DNA of 64,000 nt from Phoronis australis. Its lineage: Eukaryota > Animalia > Phoronida. The notes beneath the pieces are model-generated. The model was not told the DNA's origin. It searched no databases and worked only from the letters and a program-made list of their open reading frames with translations. Made by a program: the position numbers and the translations under genes. Positions 50,259-62,160 of this stretch are shown here, one piece after another. The DNA lies in NCBI GenBank assembly GCA_002633005.1, contig NMRA01000095.1, forward strand, positions 363,901-427,900, read 5' to 3'. Each line of letters opens with the position of its first letter. Within the stretch, counting starts at the first letter, position 1.

Positions 50259-50416
50259 CAGGGGCGGATCCAGGATTTTGAGTTAGGGTGGGCCAGGACA
50301 GAGTATTAGCCAGGATTTTTTCCGTCAGACATTCGCACCCCCGAACTGCCAAATGTAATCTGGGAGAATTTAAGGGGGGCCATAGCCCCCTCGGCCCCTC
50401 TTTAAATCCGCCACTG
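50259..50416. mobile_element. 158-bp hAT-like MITE, 5-bp TSD TCTTT
   Basis: Ends CAGGGGCGGATCCAGG ... TTTAAATCCGCCACTG; TCTTT at 50254-50258 and 50417-50421. Confidence 0.8.
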
Positions 50417-50560
50417 TCTTTTGTCTTTGATGTTTTATTTTGATGCCACTCTTTTTTCTATGAAATAAGAAAAATTAGGGGGTCATGGACTGCGTAATTG
50501 GACCTTCTCAACACCCCGCCAATTTCAAGGTCACGAATCTCGCTGAATTTGACTAATAGT

Positions 50561-51764
50561 CTATCCTGTTTTGTTACACTTGAGTTTTGGTAATTGAAAT
50601 TGGGGCACAAGGATCTAAACATTTAACCCAAAATGAAGCAAACATTTTCCGTTCTACTTCCTAGAAAAGTATTTCCCTCTGACCACCAGGTACACAAGGC
50701 CAAAAGAATGAATAAATCGTTTAAAAGTTCGTGTTAAACGAGAAGGAGAATGCCAAATGTGATTTGGAGTAAAATGATAAGATCCCTTTCTCAGATGTCA
50801 CTTCGTTATTTAACACCATATTCACGAACTCAACTCAAAATCCACATATTTCAGCTTTGAATAATAACCTCATTACAAATAAGGAAGCAATAATATTCTA
50901 AAGGTTTTGTTTTTAAACAATGGCTGCTTTACCACATTTTCTCAAGTTGTGTCGAACCATTTTTTAAAAGTACAGTATGCGCATATTGCCCTCATCTCAT
51001 TGTTAACGCAGCAATGAAACCGCCCCCTGTTGTCATTAACGTTAACTTTTGATTTAGACTACTTACTGTTATGAAAATGGTCTCTCTGTTTCTGTACTTG
51101 AAATAGACATTATTTCTGGACTTGGAAAGAGCTTTCGATTTTTGGTTGAGACCTAATTCANCTATCCTGTTTTGTTACACTTGAGTTTTGGTAATTGAAA
51201 TTGGGGCACAAGGATCTAAACATTTAACCCAAAATGAAACAAACATTTTCCGTTCTACTTCCTAGAAAAGTATTTTCCTCTGACCACCAGGTACACAAGG
51301 CCAAAAGAATGAATAAATCGTTTAAAAGTTCGTGTTAAAACGAGAAGGAGAATGCCAAATGTGATTTCGAGTAAAATGATAAAATCCCTTTCTCAGATGT
51401 CGCTTCGTTATTTAACACCATATTCACGAACTCAACTCAAAATCCACATATTTCAGCTTTGAATAATAACCTCATTACACAAATAAGGAAGCAATAATAT
51501 TCTAAAGGTTTTGTTTTTAAACAATGGCTGCTTTACCACATTTTCTCAAGTTGTGTCGAACCATTTTTTAAAAGTACAGTATGCGCATATTGCCCTCATC
51601 TCATTGTTAACGCAGCAATGAAACCGCCCCCTGTTGTCATTAACGTTAACTTTTGATTTAGACTACTTACTGTTATGAAAATGGTCTCTCTGTTTCTGTA
51701 CTTGAAATAGACATTATTTCTGGACTTGGAAAGAGCTTTCGATTTTTGGTTGAGACCTAATTCA
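50561..51764. repeat. ~600-bp near-identical tandem duplication joined by a single N (probable assembly artefact)
   Basis: 50561-51160 and 51162-51764 differ by a few SNPs and indels; the N at 51161 sits exactly at the junction. Confidence 0.9.
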
Positions 51765-53737
51765 ACAAGTTCATCTTGTCAGTTGGAGCACGGTCTCTTG
51801 AAGTCACGTAACATCAGTTAGTGCAAACTCAAAAATCACATTCTATCTGAGTAAGGAGCGACTTCAGACCAATTTTATTTTGGGTCTATGTAAAAAATCT
51901 AATGTTAGTTACTTCGATTGTGAGTGGATTTACAGCCGATGATTTAGATTTTGTCCACCAAGCTGGAAAGTTCCTTACAGCACTGGAATGTCTTATTTGA
52001 CAAAGAATCTGCTGATTCCCCGGCATTTGTGGGAATTCATATTTAGTTAAAACTGTGACAGGCATTGATACAAAGGTCACCACGACCCCTTATGAACAAT
52101 AATAGAACTCTTGGTAAAGCTGTTGTTGAAATGGTAATAAAATTTATAACAATATTAATGTCTGAAGACTAAAGAGGGTTACATTAAATCTAACAGAACT
52201 CTTGTATTATTCAGATATCCCATACCAGTGGCCAACAATCAGATGCATTGTCCACTGATTTCTATGCAAAGAGCTCATTAATAGTATTCTACTGTGCCAG
52301 CATTATGTTTCTCACAATGAGGTGTATGGTGAATTCACCATACAAGTCTCAGTACTTTATTATTCCCTGGTGTATTGTTGCTGGACTCTATTATTACTAT
52401 TGTGGGCAATTGAATCCTTGCTGGACAATCATTTGTATTTTTTCACTGAGCTCAGCTCAGAGCTATTGTGCGGTGCACAATAGGGGTGTTATATAATCAA
52501 CCAATATTCTCCCTCATATGTATTATTTTCTGTTTGTTTCCACAGTTGGAAGCAAGCTTTAGGCAGGCACACACCTTGATTTCACAGAACCCCTGTGATC
52601 ACCGACCTCTGCACTGGTGGTTTAATTGGTCGCACCCACTGGAACCTGTTTTGACTGAAGACACCTGTTTTGTTGTAGACAGGTGAGTTGCTTTGGTTTG
52701 TCTTTGTTGTTGGTAAATTTTTACCTGTCTGTACTCAACATGTGGCGCTGATCCGTTCATGACGCCCAGTTTTAGGTATATACTGAATAACTGAAACATT
52801 GAACCAGTGTACTGATTATGCATAAAGTTTCTGTGTACATAAGAAAGTGGCAAAAATCCTCCAAAAGAAATTGGGAAAATTATGTAATAAGAATGAATTA
52901 AAGAATTTAAATAAACTGAGCTGAAAACCAAGAAACTGATAAGGAACAAAAGACGATTGTTTAAACACATTACCTCGTTTTGCCTACATTGTTAGAAGTG
53001 CCATTCAAGTTTGTCACCGAAGACAATAAGATTTCAACTAGTGATTTAATGTTTAGAGCTTCAATTGTTTTAAATTTCAAAGAACAGCTGTTTACAATAA
53101 GAATTCTATAAGTAAGACTGCAGGCTGTGTTGTTTCAACCTGACTATCAGTGGTCTCGTCAGGTAGGTACACAGAGGGTAAAATAGCCTCAGTTGCAAAC
53201 AAAATAATTTTCCAAATTACGTTTCTTGTTTTCTCAAAAGCTCATTCATACTATACTGAAAATGATTCATTCAACATTTTGCATTGTCTTCATTGATGAG
53301 TCATGTACCTTACACACTTGGCAATGAATGAACTAACACGCTTTAGTTTTTTCAAAAATTGATGAACGATACTGTTCTCGCATATTTTATGCTACTGTAG
53401 GTTTATCAGTGTAGGAAGCAATGGAATTTTGTAGGGTGCAGCAATAGTCATTTTTCGAAGGTCCTTTCTACAGTCTGTTGTCGTGTGACAAAGAAATGTC
53501 CACTGGTTTCAATAGTTAAGCTATTGTCAGCTGTGACTACCAGGTAATAACAGACAAATCATGGCTAAGTCTGTTCCCTAATTTACCATAGCTACCTCCA
53601 GACAATATTGTGAAAAATTGTGTACCATCAATCACAGCAGTGTTAGAGGTCTTGAACAATGAACAAAGACTGTTATTTGTATCTGGAATTGATTTGATTT
53701 TACTGTAGCTTAGAATGTTAATCGAAATGCTGAGTGA

Positions 53738-53975
53738 TGGGGCATGTTCCAAGGAACTGGCTTAAGCTTATTTTTGACTTAAGTCTAAGAATTGTCTTTA
53801 CTTCAAAATTTTGAAACTCCCTCATCTGGTAAGTTAGTCAAAACTGAGACAAAAATTTTAATCAAACTTAAGATCTCTTTCTTGAAACGGACAGAGACAA
53901 ATTTAAGTTTTATCTTAAAACTGACTGAAATTTAAGATTTGTCTTAGCTAAGTCAATTTTCATGGAGCGCTCCCT
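53738..53975. mobile_element. Degenerate MITE with long imperfect inverted repeats
   Basis: ggggcatgttccaaggaactggcttaagct versus the reverse complement of agctaagtcaattttcatggagcgctccc; internal cttaag subrepeats. Confidence 0.45.
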
Positions 53976-56900
53976 GGACTGTTGGCACAAAATTGCATTT
54001 TTCAACAGTAATGTTAGAACACGTCTTGAAACTTCTCAACACTATCTTGAGAAAGAGTCCAACAATTTTGACTGTGTTTGAATTTTCTAGTAGTCGAAAC
54101 TTTGTCTCGGAATTTTTGTTAGAGCTTTCAGTAATGCTGAGGTTTTACCGGGAATTGACGGATGATTGATGACAATGGATTTTTGTTCAGTTGTCATAAT
54201 AACATTTCGAAGCCTGAAAACACTTTACTGGCCTTGTTGAAAATCAACAATTGTGAATCATGGAGTGAGCGGTATGTTGTTTGTTTGCCTATATTATGTT
54301 AGAACACTTTTCTGAAGCAGGAAACTGTTCTGCTAGATGTATGACTGAGTAATATCGTAGTGTTATTGGTGACTACCACTAGTATTCATGTTGATATTAC
54401 AATAGACAACTAAGGGTGGGAAAGGACAGAGTCACTTTCTTATTTGATATTCGCACAATCAAGCATAGTACGATAAAAATTCTTCAACTTGAGACCAAAA
54501 TAATTGCTAGATTTGCCATGTTTCGATTTTTGAGAAGCTTACCACTTTGTTGCAAGTGCTCAAATTTTTGTGCCATACAAACCAAGTTAAACGCAAAGTA
54601 AATTTTCATGAAATGCTATTGTTGTTGATAAATTGAACAAAATGAAATTTCACCCTCCGACATTTTGTTTCTCAAATTGATGACCTTAATATTGCAGTAT
54701 TAATATTTTTAGTAGAGAATTCATTTTCAATTGTAATTTGGACTTTTTAAAAGATTTTTGTAATGTCTGCACCTTCGCGGTGTTTCTCAATTCTTCGTCT
54801 TATGCTTTAAAGCAATTTTGAAACTGTCTGGGTGTGTTGGCATAGTCCTCATGTTGTAGATTTATGTTTGCCTGTTTAAGATTCAGTCTTTTCAATGCCA
54901 ACAAGGATCCTAAACTGTGATTGTATCAGCTCTGTCCATCTTATGCAACTCTCCTGTAGACTGGACAATTGACCATTGTCCAGCCACCATTCAAAGCACC
55001 CCTACACTCTCCAGTCAGACAATGTAGTGCAGTGGGTGCCAGTCCCAACAATTCACCTCTATTGTTAACTCCAGAACAATCACTGCTTTATCCATTATTC
55101 CTGGATTGTATATCATTTAAATTTCAATTTACATCCATGTCTCTCCCACCATATCAGGACATGGGTCCCCATAACCTGTATACGAACAATGTGGCCTGTT
55201 TCTCCATTGTTTATGCCAGTTAAAGTTAGGTCATTGGGCTTTCTGTTTGGTTCCTCTGTCATATCCTTCAGTCTTCTTCATCTGGTGCCCTGGCTGACAG
55301 TCTTCCATTGGCTAATCCAACTCTATTGTTGTTTGTTGAGACACCATCTCTGCATGTGTTGCCATTGTCTCAGGAGACTATGATGTGAGTACATGGGAAT
55401 TATTATTCCAGCTTTTGTAACCGCCAAGTTCACTGACCCACTCTTGTTCATGTAACTAAGATTATTTACACAAAGATTGCACATTTAAAATTCATGTTGT
55501 CTGTCTGAATGAAGCTAATTTACAATAATTTCACTGACGCTGTAATGGTGGTATATTACACTGAAATAAAGCACCGTAGTACATTCAACCTCTATAGTGG
55601 CCTTGGCCCTCGGCTATGTTTGTGCTAACCTGTAACATTTCGTAATATTACACGTTCCTCTAATTAAAATTTTGTCTTCATCTTGAAATATCTAAGTAAC
55701 TACCAACTGTCCATGGATAAAACCTCACATTTTCTGAAACTTGGAGTCGAGACAAATCTATTCATGTCATTCGCAACACTGGCTGTCGAGTGTCACGTGA
55801 CCGTGTGTTTTGGGGGGTAAATGTTGTTTTTAAGGCGCATTCGTTGAGATGGAGAAAAATTCCTAAAACCTACATTCATTACATTCATTAAACTTTCTGT
55901 TGTAAAACTTAAATGGAAATGATGAAAAATTGTGTAAGAGATTTTCGGCAACAGCCACTTAGACAACCAGCCAGGTTTGATAGCTGCTATTCAGTGGTGA
56001 ACACTGGTTCTCAAAGTGTGACTGCGCCAATGACAATTTGACATTGAGAGATTACACTGCCAGAAAATTCAAACACAGCTAAAATTGAATAATTTTCAAA
56101 ACATGTTTTGGTAACTTGTAACAAAAACTGATCATTATTGTTCCCAGTTGTAGATCTAATTGCCTCTGGGTCTGTGTGCCTCACATTTATGCTCCGCAGG
56201 ACACTTTGCTCAAGGTAACATACCTGGAGTGAAGACCACTGTGACCAGTCCATGTCTCTGAAAATTTCTATTTGCTTTTCTGTTGTATTTTGCCATCATA
56301 ACAGTTGCGCTACCGTACTTATTGTCAGCACTCAAACTGCGTTATTTGAACAGGAAGCAATTAAATGACCTAACAGTATTTAGTTACTGACCTAAGTCTG
56401 TGATCATGGGCAGTTTTATATTTGAAAGATTTGGTTTTCTCATTGACCGTGAAATATGATGTCTTTTTGTGAAACTGAATCGTAGTAAATAATCCTTTTA
56501 ACGAGAAAATTTCCCCAAATTTTTAATAATTAATTTCAAAGAAGATTGAATCTTGTTGAAACGTCTCTCTTTGATGACCTAGTTCAGTTTGTGAAATCAA
56601 AAAGATTACCTCAAATTAAGGAATTTTGTTACAAAGCAAATAAACATACCTGTTCATTTTTGCCTGGGGGGATTTTTACTGAGGAGGTAAGCTTTTAATT
56701 CCTCATTTGTTGTAATATGTGGATAGCGGTTTAGTAACAGTCCAAATAGTTAGAGTAGATTTAAAAAAATCAACAACTGATATATTCTGTAGTGTTTTTT
56801 GTCTGATAACGAGACATCCAGTAAAAATCGTCAGTTTGGGATACAATATAGCCGACAAAGGCCGCTAATGTGAACCCCTAGCACATGTGAATAAATATAT

Positions 56901-57678
56901 AGTTAATTGCTTTAGTCACACAGTTCCCATTGTGGTAAATTGGAGTACCTTACCGTACCAGCCTGACCAGTTGACAGGTTTACAGCCACTAATTACCCTC
57001 TAGTGTTTTACTCCACCGAATCATTACTTGGGAACAATAGATGATTGTATCAGTCTATTGTAGGTACAAGAGGCCCTAAGTCTATTGAACTATAACAAGG
57101 TCGATTAGTTTAGCAGCCTGATATTGGCTTTTATTGGTTCCTGTTATCGCGCTCATTAATAAATCAGGTTTGGACCAATTAGGATGTGCATACTGCTGCA
57201 ATGTTTTTTGGAGTAGTTGAATAGCAACTCCTCCTGGATGCAAATTTGAAACGACCTTGATGCTGTTTGTTCACGAACTTAAAGCGAGATTCAAACCAGC
57301 AATATTCACAGTTAGGTGAAACGTTGCATGACATGTCGGCTGACATCAAAATTGCACGTGTGAATGGCTTTGCTATATGTCGTGCAACGCATTGCAGGTG
57401 TTAGCCGGCAAGGTATGGAGAAGTCAAGCATGATCAACTTTGGGCGACTTTTCAACCCACACTTTGCATAAGTAGGAAGAATGGCAGATATGTTCATATT
57501 TTGGAGAAAATGGCCAACATTGAATTTCAGACAGATTTACTGTGGTGTTGCCTAGTAACAATTTTCTTTGCATATACCTCAATATCCATTCTTTGATGGA
57601 TCTTTATGAAATTTGGCAGGTGTGATCATGTTGAGGAGAACACGGCTGGTCGATTTTTGTTCAGTTCTGATTTTCATG

Positions 57679-58207
57679 GCGCCCCCTAGTGGTGGCACGT
57701 TTGTTGTTTGTGTCTGCCTCACCACCTATGCTTACCTTGAGTTGCTTGATGGATCTTCATGGAGTGAGAGCTTGGTTGGTGTGTCTATTGTGGCGCGCCC
57801 CTTAGTGGCAAATTGTCATTGCATCTGCCTTGATATATATCAAGTTATTTGATGGATCTTCATGAAATTTGAAATTTGTTTTCAACGAAAGCACATTTTA
57901 TGCTGGTTTTCGAATTGACCCGATTTAACTGTTGAAATATTTGCGAACGAGTATCCTGTACACCTTTACCGTTTCCAATGCAGATGGTGGGTGGATATCG
58001 ACGTTGGGGTTTGTTCTTGAATGTTTGTTATGTCGTTTGGTCATCTGTTCTAGATAATGTAATTCTATGGAGGATGAACAAATATACCACAAGTTTGAGA
58101 GAGTGTACTATTCGTGCAAACATACAGCTCTTCAAACAAATTTGCGATATGATTATTTATAAAGTAACTGAACCAATTTTCTGTGCCAGATTGGCACCAG
58201 GTGGCAC
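57679..58207. promoter_or_regulatory. Cluster of CTCF-like motifs
   Basis: CCACTAGGGGGCGC (minus, 57679-57692), CCACTAAGGGGCGC (minus, 57795-57808) and GCACCAGGTGGCAC (plus, 58194-58207), compared with consensus CCASYAGRKGGCRS. Confidence 0.4.
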
Positions 58208-60229
58208 TGTTTCTAAAATGTGTTTTTGTGCAAGATCTCACCCTGCATCTTTTTCGTTTCCAAAAGTTAGACATTTGCAAAATTACCAAACATGTTACGA
58301 CTCAATCATTCTGCCTCGTATATTACTTGAGGTATTGCTCATTAGGCCAAAAAAACCATAGTTGGTTTTTGTCTGTACCCCGACTCATTTTGAGACTTGC
58401 AGTCACTGATGAACAAACGACGCCCATCCACATCTATTTCAGCCTAAGTCTAATGTTTTTTTTTTGTTGAAATGCTGCACAAAAGCACATACCGTAAGCT
58501 AGGGGTTTGAAGCACTGTAATTTTCCAAGCAAAATTCATCATTTTTGCTCTAGCAACTTGGCTATTTTTGCTGATATTTTCACGCATTCAATCTCACTGA
58601 CTTGCCTTAAAAACTACTTTTTGATCTTGTCGCTTTCTCTTAGAACATGAAAAGTGACTTATAACTTAAGAAATTTGGTCTTACGCCCTACCCCCCCTTC
58701 ACACTTGTCAAGCAAAGGTTTAATCACTCATCTCTGCCTGAAAGTAACTTGTACAACTTTTCTCGATAAGTAACAGCTATGGGTATATTCTCGAGATACT
58801 TTATTCTTTTCTAACGTGATTTTCATGTTTTTTTAGAAAAAAATACTGAGCGTAAGACCAAATTCCTGTCTTGGGTTATAAGTCATTTTCCTGAAACAGA
58901 CCTCTGGTCTTTCCAGGAAATTGCCGAAATTATCACTGGAATCGTGCGTGCCAACCACCTCCGTTGACTGAATTGCGGTGTACGAATAAGTTCCGTGTCT
59001 TTTATGAATGACTTTTCATTTCCTGTTTTCCCCTGCCAACGCTGGTAACTTTCATTGATTAGCCCCCTGCTGTGACACTGCTCAGATGACACACAGGGTA
59101 AAGTGTCAGGTGGTTGCAGATAAAACGAGCCCCAGCGTACGAGGAACCCAGAAGGCTACTGGTTCTCCAATTTGGTACACCGCAACTTGCTAGAAGAGGG
59201 GAATTTTTGCAGTTTCTGATTTAGGAGAAGGGCCTTTTTCTTTTTGAAAACATTTTCAAAGTTTGGACACATTATTCTGCAGTGCACAAAATCCGTAGGA
59301 TCTCATTTATTTGTATCAAGATAGCAGCTTTGAGATGGGAATGTGTGCCCAGTGGGAAGATAATTCTTCTGTGTTCAAAATTAAGGAAGTCGTTTCGTGC
59401 ATTCACACGCAGATAAGGCGGCATTGTCTGATAACGCGGATAAGTTTTGTTCTCATTTCATTCATGGGACCAGATAGTACCCAACTGCGCGCCAACTTTT
59501 TTGGCAGCGTTAATGGAAGGTCATTACTATTGTGGGCCATAAATCATTGCTTCTTGTCATGGTGAGATAAAAACACTAGACTCCACAACTGTGTAAACGG
59601 TATTAGCAGGATAGGAATCGTTTTTACTCTACGCTAATAAACCATTGTTCCTCCGTGTTTTATTGCCCTTGTTAACTGACACACTTTGTCAAGTGTTTAC
59701 CTGGCTAGTCTATGGCCTCATTTTGTACCTGCATTGACTAACGACCTTATCTCTATTGTTTCTGTGTGCACAACACCTGACAGAAGGGTCGTGTTTGTAT
59801 TGTTACGCTGTAGGACCTGTTCTTTGTACTGCCATTTGTCGTTTTGATTTACCTGGGATGGGCACGTCTTTCCCTCGCCTAAGTTTAAGGTGAGCGTTTT
59901 CTTCCTTAAATTTTCAATTACTTTGATTTTATTTTATGCTGTATGTTTTTGTCACCAGACATTAATCTGATTCACTGGGAATGAATTTAGTTTGCATATT
60001 TGAAATTAGACATTTTTAAAATGTTACATCAGGTGAAGATTGTATCAAATTTGTGAATTGTATTTATCTGTTATTTTTTATCTGTTGTAAAACTTACTTA
60101 TGCATCGTTTTAATAATTATCATTGACCTTTTTTCTATCAAAAGTCCTGTTCCAGTTTGCTTAGTACATGTGGCGACTTCTGCTGGAATCTCTCTCGCCA
60201 AATTTTACTTAAAATTTTAGTTGTTCAAT

Positions 60230-62160
60230 TTTTCGACGTACAGAGCTGAAATATGGTACGATTATTATAGAACACATGTGCTACAACTGTGCCGAAAATC
60301 GTTGACTTCCGGTCAAAGATGGCGGAACTATTGGAAGTGGCGCATGCGCACCTCGATATCTGGCAGAAAATGTTTTCTCCTGTAGAGGGCGCATCGGCGA
60401 ACCAATCATTTTCAAACTGGTCACGTGTTTTTTGCTATTAATCGGCTTTTATAAAATTTTGTTTAACTGAAAGTCACTTTCAAGATGTCTGCTCTGGTGC
60501 ACTTTCACCCATTTTCAATCGTTCTGCTGTCACATTTTTAACGGGAAGAGCAAATGACGTGAATTTTTGCATGTGGATTCCTTGAAGTATGCTCTTTCAA
60601 AAGTTTTGCGATAACGTTCTTCTCAGACTTACCGAATTACTGAATTTCAAAAAAACGCAAAATTTCAATTTTTTCGAAAATTTTATGGAATGTTGCAAAC
60701 CTATCAATTTAGATAGAGTTTTGGACGGGCTTTCAGAAGATATTTTCCATTTTTCGCCACGACGTCTACTTTTTGAATTATTTGAGGTTTTCTGATAGCG
60801 CTGTTCCTTTGTTGACAGCTCTTGCTACACACTGATGTTGGTCTAGCTTCTGTTGAACAAGACCATGAAGACATTGCTCATAGAGGCCGCATTTTTCGAC
60901 GTGCAGGGCTGAACATTGGTACGATTATTATAGCACACAAGCACTGCAATTGCGCATTGGTGAACCAATCGTTTTCAAACTGGTCACGTGTTTGTTGCAT
61001 TTAATCAGCTTTTATAAAATTTTGTCAAACCGGAAGTCATTTTCAAGATGGCGGCTCTGGCGCATTTTCAACCATTTTCAATCGTTCTACTGTCGCATTT
61101 TTAACGGGAAGAGCAAATGACGTGAATTTTTGCATGTAGATTCTTTGAAGTATGCTCTTTCAAAAGTTCTGGATAACGTTTTTCTCAGACTTACTGTTTT
61201 TGAGTTATTTGACTTCGAATTTCAAAAAACCCGCAAAATTTCAATTTTTCGAAAAAATTATGGAATGTTGCGAAACTATCAATTTAGATAGAGTTTGGAA
61301 CGGACTTTCAGAAGATGTTTTTCATTTTTCGCGAGGACATCTACTTCTTGAATTATTTGAGATTTTCTGATAGCGCTGTTCCTTTGTTGAGCGCTCTTAA
61401 TGCATTAATGTTGGTTTAGTTAATTTGAACAAGACTGTAGCTTATTTCTTAGTAATTATGACATCTAAGTTCCATTGTATGAATGTTATGATGTTGTTCA
61501 TCATCGCCACCTTCATCATCACAATCATCGTCGTTAATTTTGCCTATTGTCACTCAAGACTGTAGGTAGCACTGAACAGTCAGGCCTCGGCCACGGAGCA
61601 TTTTCTAGTCCCTAGAATTTATGTTGAGGGCGTCTGTCAGGTTTGGCGAGTGGTTTGAGGAAATTGTTGACAACAATTGCCAGGAAACTTATTTACTTGT
61701 GTTTTTGAATGAGAAAAGCCAAGTTTTACCTACTTTTGATGCAAACTGGTGGCTGTCATTTGCTATCAGCCCCTGTCGTCTGCTGTCCGAGAAACCGGGT
61801 GCGATTTCAGGTGGCTGTCAGACAGATCAAATTTGCCAAAAAAGTAGCTGGTAAGAGGCTTACTGTGACCACATAGTTAGAATCTAGTGAGGACGAGCAT
61901 TCTGAATCTGTAGTCAGACTTTTTCTAGCACTTGCAGGGAAGTGGTTATTTCGGGGAGAAAATTGTCAAATTATGCGTTTTTTGCAAATAGTTTTGTGTG
62001 CCGTGATTTTCTTGCCATGTATATTAACCGATAAGAAGTCTGTACAGTTCGATAGAGTTTTAACTGGCTTTCGTAAGATATTTTTCATTTTTCGCTAGGA
62101 CGTCTCAACTTTTCGAATTATTCGAGATTTTCTGATAACGCTGTTCATTTGTTGACAGCC
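60230..62160. repeat. Diverged tandem repeat (~550-660-bp units), two copies plus a partial third
   Basis: ~60230-60890 and ~60895-61435 share long blocks (aaccaatc.ttttcaaactggtcacgtg, ttttaacgggaagagcaaatgacgtg, ctatcaatttagatagagttt, ttctgatagcgctgttcctttgttga); a fragment recurs at ~62050-62160. Confidence 0.9.

Larger units (their letters stand above)
36190..52682 (+). other. Candidate short spliced exons of a plus-strand transcript (…36291; 46632-46729; 52546-52682)
   Basis: Strong sites CAA|GTAAGT, tgtgttacag…AAG|GTGAGT and tttctgtttgtttccacag…CAG|GTGAGT; YY1-type AAAATGGCGGC near 35953 in a CpG-richer patch. No recognisable domain; may be 5' UTR or lncRNA. Confidence 0.4.
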
